A stretch of 64,000 bases of DNA from Lama guanicoe (lineage: Eukaryota), in contig MU054187.1 of assembly GCA_013239625.1 (NCBI GenBank), positions 16,074,941 through 16,138,940 on the forward strand. The letters are read 5' to 3'. A model generated the notes under the pieces. The model searched no databases, was not told where the DNA came from, and worked only from the letters and a program-made list of their open reading frames with translations. A program made the translations under genes and the position numbers. Positions 27,921 to 40,558 of this stretch are shown piece after piece; within the stretch, counting starts at the first letter, position 1, and the number at the start of each line of letters is the position of its first letter.

Positions 27921-28697
27921 CTCTGTGACAGTGCTTAATAGTGCGTAAGTGCGTTATCCAGGTGTACAATTTGCCTCTATCTCTGTTCCTCTGTCTCTGC
28001 TTTCATAACAAGGAACCACCACCACCACCACCCACTGATACATTTTGTCTTTAAATACGTAAATACGTTCTAAAGGAAATGCTTCTATACACTTCCCCTT
28101 TGAAATGACTTGCGGTGTATATGGGCTGATCATTATATGTGATTTAAGCTTAATTCTCAGTGCACATTCTTAAGTTCTTCAGTTCTAAGCTGCTGAAGAG
28201 AGGAGAAGGCTTGCCTAGAAATTATAACTACAAACAAACCTCCAGAAATCAAGCATTCACGCTATTTCTTAATAGCTCTATTGAATTCTATTATTAGGTT
28301 ATTATTTCAAAACTTAGGTCTACAAGAAAACTCGGATAATAAAAATTAAGTGCATTAATCAATCATAGATACATATTAAATTTTCAGTGAGAAAAAAGAA
28401 AAAGAAACCACATGGAATAAATTTTCTCATTTTGAACAGTGATCATTGAAGTTTTCTTTTGAAAGGAAATGAAATGGTAAAGTAAAAGTTAAATTTCTTT
28501 AATGAAATGCGCCCACTAACATCAAAGTATAAGTACACAGCGATTTATGCTTGTCTTCAAAGTGGACGGAGCCACAGATTAAAATTCTCAAAGATACAAA
28601 GACACTAACAATAATTCAGTGAATTACAGCATTTGAACATTACTTCAATATATACTTATTGAGCACCTGTTATGTGTAAGGCTCTGTGCTACTCACA

Positions 28698-29258
28698 CTT
28701 TGGTCAAAGGCTGACTTCCTTAAAAGAGACTGTATCAAACAAACCTGCAGCTAAAACAAAGGTAAATTTATTCTTACCTTTGTAAATGAGAACTCTACTC
28801 TGATGGAGTCTTCCATGTCTCAGGGAAGAGAGGAGGCAAAGCTAGAATATTTATGAGGTTTTAGAGTCTATTTATGGAGGCTCTTTCAGTGTGAGTGTGG
28901 TGGGGCAAGGGGTGACTAGAATTGAAAGATAATTATGGTATGATAGTGTACATTGGTAGACACAGCAAGGGGAGAGCTTTTTACGAAGAGACTGGACGAG
29001 TAAATGTCATATGATGCTATCTATTGAAAAATCTAATAGTTTGATGTTCATTTAAATGGTTTTTCCAGGAAGTTTCTAAATGAACAATAAAGTTACTTGC
29101 AACTTACCTTCCTGGGCAAGATTTTCCTGGAATAGTAAACTTATGTTGATGAAGACAGTGGAATAGTAAAGTGATATTGGTGAAGACAGCCTAATGGTAG
29201 AATGGAGTTATGCTAAAGTAGAGAATAAGCCATGCACTGTAGATGATTTCAGCTTTCA
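28698..29258 (-). mobile_element. MER110-like ERV1 solo LTR
   Basis: gaacaataaagttacttgcaacttaccttcctgggcaagattttcctggaatagtaaa matches my recollection of antisense MER110; antisense poly(A) signal near 28768; ends cagctttca. Confidence 0.55.
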
Positions 29259-29329
29259 TTCTAGTGACTCAGAGTTAAGTAGGATATAGTCACTATTCCA
29301 AAAGAGTATAGAAAAGAATCTGAAAGTTT

Positions 29330-29671
29330 TACTGAGTATTAAAACAGATGTTTTTCTGATTATAAATTATATAATTATTAAGAAAAGACAGAGAAAAATG
29401 CAAGCAAGAAAATAAAAAATTGCCAAATTCCACCAACAGGACAGAGCATTTCTAATATTTTAACATTTGTGTGTTGTGTTCATATGTATTTAGTTTGTAT
29501 GTATAATATAGGCATATGATAAAATATACATACTTCTTAACAAAAAATTGGGTGCCTATTATCAATAAGCTTTGTTGGCAGCTTTATTTTTCACTTAATT
29601 AAAAAGACCATGAAAATTAATGTTATTAAATTTTATTTGAAAACTTGAATTTTTAATATCTGTGTTTTTGC

Positions 29672-29703
<32 letters not shown>

Positions 29704-29950
29704 ATAAATTCAATTTATATATTTACCTAACCAGGACATTGTTGGTTGTTTGGTCTATTTTCAAACCTTTTATTACTCATTCCTATATGCGGTATCCTTA
29801 TGGAATGAGGCATCACTGAATGAAAAAAAAATGAATAAAAAATAATTATCAATGTTATGATTATCTTTTACAGAAATATTGTGTATCTCTTTAATTATTT
29901 CCTTAACAAAGTTTCTAGATGTTGGATATGACTATTTTTAATGATCCTTT
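29330..29950 (-). mobile_element. Very old L1ME-type 3' end
   Basis: ttttctgattataaatt...aaattccaccaacag...gctttattttttcacttaa...ttggtctatttttcaa...ttccttaac. Confidence 0.5.
29671..29703. repeat. (TA)n(TG)n microsatellite
   Basis: Read directly. Confidence 0.95.
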
Positions 29951-32029
29951 AAACAGTGATGTGCTGAAATGTAAAGGGTAAGGAGACATTTTTGCTAATG
30001 CCTCATTCTGAAGCATCTTTGTTTTCTGAGAGGTAATGAAAATACTTACTGATAGAATTGTTTCAGCACTTTTGGGGTCAGTATTCTTAGCAGTATCTGT
30101 CAATAATGGTGAAGAAGAATGAATGCAAAGTCCCATTCATTTGCTGAGCTGAGATCAAAACCACTGAGTATAATCATAAAATCCCTTTAAAGCCTCACCT
30201 TTACTTTTTAAAATAATTTATGGTGTTTTCTATAATATGTCAATGTTGTTTTTTTAATGCCAGATAATGTTCTCCCAAAGTTTTGTGTAGAAATGATTTT
30301 CTAGGGAGTTGCAAGAGCTTTTACTGCTCCTAGTGTAGAAGCTACATTCCCAAAGGTGTATATATATATATATTTTTTTTTTTTGAGTTTGCAAATCAGT
30401 GATGACCAATGCGATTCATAAAGTATTAAACTAATTATTTACAAAATCATTCTGGATTCTGAAGCAAAACAAGTTAGTGAGGAATGGAACCAACTTTATA
30501 TATTATGTTTTAACATTTCATTCCAAACAGGAAATCTGGGAAGGAGGAAAAAAGGGAAACAATACATTTGAACTAATTGACTCCTGTTTGATTTATAAGT
30601 GTTAGCAAGAAGAGGTTAATATTTGACAAGCCCAACTGAACTGCCTTGAAAGGAATTAGGAAAAGGATCATTTAAAGAGTGAAAGGAGCTAGTCTTATAG
30701 CAGGAAAAAGAAATCATATTAGACATGATGTTTGTGTTTATCACTCTGTATCAGTAAGATGCAAAAAAATCAAAGAAAAGTAAAGTATTTTAATTGCAAT
30801 GATATTTGCAAATATAACTACCCCTTATTTGAAACATATTCTTATAATACACTTTTTTAAAGGGGAAGTCAATTTGATTTAAGGACATTTACATAGTATC
30901 AGTGATATAAAAAAGTAGTAAGCTAAATTAGCCACATTTTACATTAATGAGATGAAATGACTTGAAAGATAAAATCTGCTTCTCAGTGTGATCTTTGTTG
31001 AGACATTTAACTTCCTGTTATTTCAGTATCTCTAAATCAATTAGAGAAAAGATTGTTAACAGTTTATCAGACATATAAGAGATACAAGTGATTGATGATC
31101 ATGAGGTCTCTGTGAAATATGTAGTACAAATTCATAAACAAAATGTTAGCAAAAGATTATTTATTTCCTTTTTATGTAGCATATGAGTAATAAATTTCCA
31201 GTACAATAAGGAGATATATGTGAAGATTCATATTAAAAGTTTCCCAGTTTTTATTTCCTAATAAAAATATTAAGCTTATAATACATCAAATATTCAGGAA
31301 CTACTACTCTGAATTTTGGCTTTATTTACTTAATCATCTGTCTATATGGCATGCATGTCAAAGTTATAAAGGATTTCAGTGGTGCTGTAGTTGTTTGTTA
31401 ATGCTTTGTGCTCTCAGAATTGACCCTGTAGAGAGAGAAAGAACCATACTATGTTATGCTAAGCAATTTAAGAGGTACCAAAAAAGCTTCACTTGAGTCA
31501 AATTGACATCCAATCATGGCATTTCATCTTCTAGTTTTTAATTTCCGTGGTGAAATTCATGAATGAATTGGGCACTTTCTCCAGAGTGTAACTAGCAAAA
31601 AACAGATGCATCGGGGAAGTGGTCCTCTGGTCATTTCTGATTAGCATTTCATCATTAGCTCCAATTAGCAAAGCATCATTTAAGGCCAGGCTTTTTAAGT
31701 GGGCAGCCTTAGAGCCTTGGAGTAACCCATCCTTGAAGGCTTTTTAGGAGCAGACATAATATTTTAAATCACACAACTCCCCAACCACTTTAACACACTT
31801 CTTTTCTTTCCCTCATACACCCTAGACATTCTCTTGATTGGGGGCCTTTGAATATTCCATTTGCTCTGTCTGAGTCATTTTCCCACAGGTTTCCCTGAAA
31901 AGTTTCTACTCCTCTTCTAAGTCTAAAATAAAAATTTTGGGAAGCTCAAAAATTCTTCTCTTATCTGAGATTTGTAATACAAACTCTTACTTTCCCATCA
32001 GCTGATTGAACATGAGACCAGGGCAGCTG

Positions 32030-32560
32030 GGAAAGTGTAAGAGTCTTAGTAGGAATGTGTATTTGTATCATTTTTATGCAGAACAATTTGGCAATCTCTG
32101 TCAAAGTGTCCAAGGATATGCACATAGATTTATGTGTAAAAATGTTTTCTATAACACTGTATGAGCTAGCAAAAATGAAAGCCACTGGAATGTTCCTTAA
32201 CACATAATTGTTGAATAACTTTTAGTATATCAATGCTTTGGAACATTATGCAGTCTTGTGCTGCATGGAAAGATCTCCAAAATATAGTGTTAATTTAAAA
32301 AGCCAGAACTAGAAAAATATCTATACAGATTTATATGTATAATCTATATACTATATACACCCATGACAAATATTGCACATGGATGTACACTATCAAATAT
32401 CTAGATAAGTGATCCTAACAATGTTGACTGTGACTAGTTCTAGAGAGTAGTAAGGTAGGGGTGCTTGAATGTGGATGACTTTACTTTTACTCTATATAAG
32501 CCTGCATTGTTTGGACTTTTTCCAATGACTGTATATTATTTTCATAATAAAATTTAAAAA
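32030..32560 (+). mobile_element. L1ME-type 3' region
   Basis: gaacaatttggcaatctctgtcaaa...gaacattatgcag...catggaaagatctccaaaatatagtgttaa...ttcataataaaa. Confidence 0.65.
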
Positions 32561-35500
32561 TTGAACCTGTTTAGGAATTAAGCTTCAGCTTAAGTGCTAC
32601 AAACTTAACAGAAAGAACACTTTTTAGTAGTGATGTTGAATTTAAAGGGGGCAGAGGAATTCCTGAATGTCTTCAACTAGTCAAAACAGTGTTTCTCAAA
32701 TTTCAGGAAAAAATCTTTATAATTTCAGAAAAGAAAATTGATACAATTTTCCAGACAATTCTGGCAAAAGGAAAGGTTACTCTAAATTATCTAGGCAATA
32801 AACCTATTTTTCCACTTCCTTAGGCAGTGGGCCCAGGGACATGTTGAAATTTAAATGTTTTTAATAAAGTCATAAAGGTTCTGCATCTTATATTCCATCC
32901 TTAATAGCAACTCTTTCTGCCTAAGTAATGAGTTATCTCCAGGTGATACAATCATTTGTCCTTTGGAATACCATTTGTGGTGTTATCACATCTCTTAAGA
33001 AGCTTTCATTCTATAAAGTCAAAATAGACAAAATGCAATCAATCTATTAATTAGTCAATGTTACCAAATGGAAACTATAATGTAAGAACCAAGTAAGAGT
33101 CACAATTCCAGGAATCTTTTTGAATAAAGCAGATGGCTTCCTTCATTATGAAAGAAGGCGTGTAGCAGTTAATCTTGTTTCTTTAATGGAAGTCAGGTAT
33201 TATCTACCTGGCATGTCTGTTTTCTTTAACATTAAACAGTTCCAAAAATGTGACAACTTATTAAAAAATTTTTTTCTTAATGATTGCATTTTGATTTTCA
33301 CAGTTACTTGGTACAGCCAGTTGTAAATTTAAAATATTTGGCTTTATAGCTGTATTTTAAGTCTAGGGACAGGTTCTTTTGTTGTACATATAAAGCCACC
33401 TTGTTAATATTATCTCTCCACCAAACATACTTGTCAAAATAATTTTTATAGTCATAAATTAAACAAAAAATTAGCAAGTGAAATTTATTGCGTAATCTGC
33501 TATATGCTGAAAGTGATACCAAGGGACAAGCAGAAAAATGTACCTGTCAAAATGATGGGGGAGATATCTTGAAGATTCAGACATTGTTATCATGGAGCTT
33601 CCCATACCCCCAGCCCAATTCTGTCTAGTCCTTCCAGTTATTTTGATGAACTTGTAACTACTGGTAAAGAGAGGGCTGGATAAACATGTATGTCTCTATA
33701 GCAGCCACTACTAGCAGTGGATTGAGAGGAAAATGCATTAATCTGATAACCAGGTGAACAAGGAGAAAACAGGATGCTTTATCCTGCACGTCACATTTTA
33801 ATATCTGACAGTTAAGGTGCCCTTACTACATTTCAGAAACTTAACTATCTCATTTCATGTTTTTTGTAGAAAATCATTCTCACTAATACTTTAACTAGGC
33901 ACATTTAAGTGAAAAAGGTTTGGAGGGGCCCAACTGCAAACCCCAGGGTTATTCAGCTTTAACTCAGTTCAGACTATCTCCACCCAGGACATTCAGGTCT
34001 CCTAAGATCATGGAATTTACATTTTAGGAGAGGAGACCCAAGGATCTGAGTTGCTTGATTCTGTGTGTCTCCCCTTATTTCATCTCAACCTCTATCATTT
34101 ACCCATAGGTCTCCATTTGTCAGTACAAATGTGAATTCCTTTCTCATTTAGGATTTTGCAAAATGAGACTGACAGTATTTACAAAATTTGTTATATTTGA
34201 TTCCATATGTTATATTGTTATATTGGATTCAGTCAGTATGAACACTTCTATACTGTGATCAACCAGCTATTAGTGTTATCCGTGTACACCTACCATCCTT
34301 AAAATAAATTAGCGAACAGGACCATTGTTAGCATGATGCTGGCAAAAAAATAAAATAAGCCAAATGCATCACTTTCTTCTATATATCTACTGTATGTTTG
34401 GGATTACTGTATATCTTGTGGTATTTTTCAGAAATTATTCAAGGATTATGGAGTTTTTGTCAAACTTAAGTCTTTTCTAAATATGATATCTAAAATGATA
34501 CTTTAGAAGATTATTTATGGGGGCTATTTACGTTCACAACTTAGGACATCACTGTATAAATTTTGTACATATTACCTACAGGTATACACTGTCGACTGAG
34601 CATTATGATTATAGTTGGAGACGTCTAGGGGATTAGCTATTGGACTTATAATGAAGATGAGAAATATACTTTCTAACTTATGGCACAAAGGAACATCAAA
34701 CCGAGACAAGTGCATTAGAGTATTCAAGAACCATATTCAAATGGTCTCCTTTTTTTTTTTTTAGATTTCTTTAAATAAAAATTTCATGACAGTAGAAAGA
34801 GCTGGGGTGAATTCAAAGATGAAGACCATTATTTGCCCTCCTCTTACAGTGTCTCACCAAGGTATTTAGAAAGCCTGGTGAGTGTGTTATCCAAACACTT
34901 TGTAGTCCCATCTCAGCGGGCATCCACCCCCTCTGTGCCAGGTTGCCCTGCCTCTCCTGTGGTTACACTGTTTTTCGACTGTCATTTTTATTGAAAAATA
35001 AAAGCTAAATTGGAGTTTCAGAATACCTTCCATTTAACTCCTTTAATAAAATGGGAAAGATAAAAGCAACCTAGTCACAAGAGAAGTGTTTTTGAAAGCT
35101 ATGCCTGGGATATCAGAGATGCAGAAATAAAAGGCTGCTTCAAAAATAGAGCCTACTGGCTTAGCTCTGGCCCTCTGCAGCTCTTCTCCTGTACGAGAGC
35201 TGCTTTTAACTTTAATTTTTTATTCAAAAGTTAAATGGGGGACATGAAATAGTTTGGATCAAATATCACAACAAATGAAAAATGGGCATCAGATGATTCT
35301 TATAAATGCATTATTCTTATGTACCTGGGCCACACGACTTTGTCAGACAATTTTGTTTACATCTATTAGAAAAAAGAATGTTACTTATATTTCCTTATAT
35401 AGAGAACTCTTCTTTCCACTAATCCCATGGAAAGATGAGTATTCACAAAGTGTGCCCCCACTTAATATGCTCATCAATTAATGAAAATTCTGAGACACAC

Positions 35501-36170
35501 CCTAGAGTAAAACAAATAGAAAATTATTTAATTTTATATTTGGTTAACTTACTTGCCTATAGAATCCTTTAAACCTTTACATTTATTAACATCCCAAGGT
35601 GCTAGTTTGGAGCTATTTTGGTGCTGTTCCTCAGTCATACTACTAAAATAGTTTGAAAATCTTTTCAAGATGAAACAATCACTTAGCTATGTAGTTATAG
35701 CTCTATTTAGCACATTTATGTTGATCACTGAATTAATACCTATCATAGATCAATAATTCTTTGGTTAATAGTAGTATCTAAATGCAAACTGTGAGATACT
35801 AGTACTCAAGACAGCATAATTCAAAGATTCTAAATTTAGTGTTAAATATATCATTATGCTGACAAATGTAACTCAAGAAAATAGAGAAGAGGATATAGTA
35901 GAATTTGGCAAAAGAAGGGAATTGATACAGTACTTTAATTTTAAATAAAATTTTAATTTTACTGTTAAACAGATAACCTATATCTATCTGTTCAATAACC
36001 TCAGTGCTCTGCTCTACTGTTCCTGTAATATTCAGCTAATAATTTAGTGATAGTGATTCAAGAATACCCTCATTGTATTTTACTGTCTTAATGAACGATA
36101 CAATTTGGGATTGTAATATTCACTCTGGTTCTTCTACATCTTTAAAGATACATATAAGTATATAAATTAA

Positions 36171-36208
<38 letters not shown>
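36171..36208. repeat. (TA)n(TG)n microsatellite
   Basis: Read directly. Confidence 0.95.
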
Positions 36209-36210
<2 letters not shown>

Positions 36211-39046
36211 AAAAGAAACCCTCATTTCAGACCTTTGAGAGGAGCCTAGCCAATCAAAGAGAAATGGAACATGGAAGCTATAATGATATTGAATATATCT
36301 CCCAGGATAAGAGGATAAGGCTGTGCTGATGAATGATGGTTTGTGAAGGAACAGCTACTCTCCATGACCGCCTGATGCTGAGGGGTGTGCTAAAAGCACT
36401 CTAGTGGCCTTCAATTAGAGCTGTCTCATTATTGTGAGCCTAGTATTATTTTAAATTTGCTTTTTATATTTAATTAAATAACACCTAGTCTAGTCTCTTA
36501 TTGTCCATGTCAGCATTTTGTATGACTACCTTCAAAATAAGATTCATAGAATAGGCAAAGAATAAACAGAAAGCAATTATTTTTTGCTTTATGGAGAAAA
36601 AGAAAATGGAAAGAGCATGGATAAATTTGGCAGCCTGTCTTTTGATCGTATGAAACAATCTCCTTTTTAAAAAGCGTCATTATACTTAATAATTACATAA
36701 TTTTTTCTAGGCTCCAATGAAAAGCAAAAAAGAATGTTTCAACAATGCTAAAATGCAAATAGCTTTACCATTGTTTTACGGTCTTCAATGGGACGTAATT
36801 GATCTAACCCAAATTATGATCTTAACCAAATTATTTTGTCCATTGTGGATTCACTTACTTTCTTGCTTTAATTTTCTTTGGCATATACCCCAGAGACAAA
36901 AGGATAATTTTGAACACACTGTGAATACCTTATTGTTTTTCAAATATTCAAAGAAAAATTTCCTTTGTGCAATAACATTGCTTTTGAAACAGTAAAGGAG
37001 ATAAGCATGTAATCACAGAAATTCTAATCTAGACTGGCTTAATTTGACATGTGGGCTAATACCTTCATTTTTATTTTTAAGGACATTAGCACATGCTATT
37101 TTCAGGATATGCTAAAATGAAATTAATTTATTACACAGTATGAGACTTCAGTGTTTAACTTGTCATCACTTGGTTAACATGATGTATTTCTAGAATCACT
37201 GACTTTTTTTTCTTATTATCCCTAAACTAAAGGACTCTAAATACAATGGTTATTTTTCTACCTAAATTTATAGTGCATGTTCAAAATGTATTTTGCTAAT
37301 CGAATAGGCAAGTACATTTGTAGTGAAAGTATGTGTACATTGTTGTTGCTTTGAAAACATTTTCTCACTGAAAAGGCAAGAAGAAAATGTGTGTGAGCTC
37401 ACTGTACGTTGCTGATGCAAACTGGTTGTTTTTCTCCAATTATTAGATATGTTTGGTAAGAATCAAACTCTTCAGCAGAGAAAACACTTACACATTATAA
37501 TTAAGACGATACTTACTTTTGGCATATGTCCATGTTAAATGATACTGGGCATGGCTGGTTTTGCTTTGGGTTGATTTTGCTTTTGCTTTTCTAGATTCTT
37601 GAGGTAGGAGTTTAGATTATAAGGTTTTCTATTATGTGAACATGGTAATATAAATTTCCCTCTCAGTACTGCTTTATCTGTGTCCCACAACTGTTGATAG
37701 ATTGTATTTTCATTTTCATTCAGTTCAATGTATCTTTTAAATTGTTGCTCTCTCTTTGATCCATTGCATCGGTTAGTTTGTAAGTGTGTGGATGTTTTCA
37801 TTATACTTCGATTATTGATTTCTAGTTTGGTTCATTTGTGGCCAGTGAACACATTCTGTATGATTTCAAGTATTTTAAATTTGTTGGGGTTTGTTTTACA
37901 GCCAGCGCGTGGACTATTTTGGTATATGTTCCATGAGCACCGTTGAAGAATATGTATTCTGCTATAGTTGGAGGACAGTGCTGGCACCAGCAATTAGATA
38001 CTGTTGCTTGATAATGTTGTTGAGTTTCTCTCTTGCTGATTTTCTATCTAGTTGTTCTATCAACTGTTGAGAGAGAGATTGTGAAGTTTTCAACTATAAT
38101 TGTGAATTTATCTATTTCTCTTTTCAATTCTATCAGTTTTTACTTCATATACTTTGCAGCTCTGTTCTGGGTATATATACATTTATGGTTTCTGTTCTTC
38201 ATGATGGATTGTCCTTAATATTATGTAAGATCTCTGCCCATCTCTATTAATTTTAATATAGGCACTCATACTACCTTTTGATTAATGTTTGCATGAAGTG
38301 ACTTTTACCATCTTTTTACTTTACCTTGCCTATTTGATTATATTTAAGTGAGTTTCTTGTAGACATTAAGTAGTTACATCATAATTTTAAATAAATTCAG
38401 CCAAACTCTGTCTTTTAATTGATGCATTTAGATCATTTATGTTTGACTTAATTATTAATATATTAATGCTTCAGTCTATATTTTATTTTTTTGTTTTCTT
38501 TTTGTTCTCTCTATTTTTCATTTCTCTTTTTTCTTTTCCTTTCTTTCTATGGGGTGTTTAAAAATTTTCTAGGATTCCAATTTGATTTATCTATATTTTT
38601 GAATATATTTCTTTGTAGTAGTTTCAGTGGCTCTCAAGATATTTTATTATATTAAAATATTGCACCACCTCCATGAAGCTTCCATAGTTTCTAATAAGAA
38701 AACTGCTGTCACTCAGAGTTGTTCTGCTTCTGTAGATAAGGTATCATTTCTCTCTTGATGTTTTCAAATGTTTTGTTTAGATTTAGTTTTCAGAAACTTA
38801 ACTATAGTGTGTCTTATTTTGAATTTGGGGGTTATCATCTTTAGCTGAACTTCTTGAATCTATAAATGAATGTCTCTTGTCAAATTTGGGAACTTTTTCA
38901 GCCATTATTTCTTCAACTACATTTTCATCCCTGCCCTTTTTCTCTTTTCCATCTGGACTCTAGCAACACAAATGTTAACTCTTCTATCAAGAGGGTATCA
39001 CAATCCCTGTGGCTCTGTTCATTTTTTAAAAGCATATTTTCTTTGT

Positions 39047-40558
39047 TGATATCCCATGCTCTTGGATTGGAAGAATTGATATTATTAAAATGGTCACACT
39101 GCCCAAGGCAATCTACAGATTTAATGCAGTCCCTATCTAATTACCCAGGACATATTTCACAGAACTAGAACAAATCATAATAAAATTTATATGGAACCAT
39201 CAAAGACCTAGAATTGCCAAAGCATTATTTAAGAGAAAGAAAGAGGCTGGAGGAATAACTCTCCCAGACTTCAGACAATACTGTGGAGCTACAGTCATCA
39301 AGACAGCGTGGTATTGGTACAGAAACAGACATATAGACCAATGGAACAGAATAGAGAGCCCAGAAACGAACCCACAAACTTTTGGTCAACTAATCTTCAA
39401 CAAAGGAGGCAAGAATATACAATGGAATAAAGACAGTCTCTTCAGCAAATGGTGTTGGGAAAACTGGACAGCAGCATGTAAAACAATGAAGCTAGAACAC
39501 ACCCTTACACCATATACAAAAATCAACTCAAAATGGATTAAAGACTTAAACATAAGACAAGATACAATAAACCTCCTGGAGGAAAACATAGGCAAAACAT
39601 TATCTGACATACATTTCAAAAATTTTCTCCTAGAAGAAATAAAAGCAAGAATAAACAAATGGGACCTAATGAAACTTACAAGCTTCTGCACAGCAAAGGA
39701 AACCATAAGTNNNNNNNNNNNNNNNNNNNNNNNNNNNNNNNNNNNNNNNNNNNNNNNNNNNNNNNNNNNNNNNNNNNNNNNNNNNNNNNNNNNNNNNNNN
39801 NNNNNNNNNNNNNNNNNNNNNNNNNNNNNNNNNNNNNNNNNNNNNNNNNNNNNNNNNNNNNNNNNNNNNNNNNNNNNNNNNNNNNNNNNNNNNNNNNNNN
39901 NNNNNNNNNNNNNNNNNNNNNNNNNNNNNNNNNNNNNNNNNNNNNNNNNNNNNNNNNNNNNNNNNNNNNNNNNNNNNNNNNNNNNNNNNNNNNNNNNNNN
40001 NNNNNNNNNNNNNNNNNNNNNNNNNNNNNNNNNNNNNNNNNNNNNNNNNNNNNNNNNNNNNNNNNNNNNNNNNNNNNNNNNNNNNNNNNNNNNNNNNNNN
40101 NNNNNNNNNNNNNNNNNNNNNNNNNNNNNNNNNNNNNNNNNNNNNNNNNNNNNNNNAGAGAATGTCATTCTAAGTGAAGTAAGCCAGAAAGAGAAAGAAA
40201 AATACCATATGAGATCACTCATATGTGGAATCTAAAAAACAAAAACAAACAAACAAACAAAAACAAAGTGTAAATATAGGACAGAAATAGACTCATAGAC
40301 AGAGAATACAGACTTGTGGTTGCCAGAGGGGTGGAGGGTGGGAAGGGATAGATGGGATTTCAAAACTGTAGAATAGATAAACAAGATTATACTGTATAGC
40401 ACAGGGAAATATACACAAAATGTTATGGTAGCTCACAGAGAAAAAAATGTGACAATGAGTGTGTATATGTCCATGTATGACTGAAAAATTGTGCTGAACA
40501 CTGGAATTTGACACAACATTGTAAAATGATTATAAATCAATAAAAAATGTTAAAAAAA
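39047..40558 (+). mobile_element. Young camelid-type L1, 5'-truncated (ORF2 C-terminal part plus 3' UTR), 19-bp TSD
   Basis: ORF2 peptides [66 protein letters not shown] aaaagcatattttctttgt 39028-39046 / aaaagtatattttctttgt 40555-40573. Confidence 0.95.
39711..40156. other. Assembly gap (446 N) within the L1
   Basis: Run of N. Confidence 1.

Noticed and set aside
36711..36995. Acceptor-like site and 92-aa ORF (possible 84-nt exon 36711-36794)
   Set aside because: Weak donor (GAC|gtaatt), no recognisable protein, AT-rich background.
39386..40235. Longest ORFs in the track (172-278 aa)
   Set aside because: Length comes from the N gap; the real residues are L1 ORF2 or its antisense.
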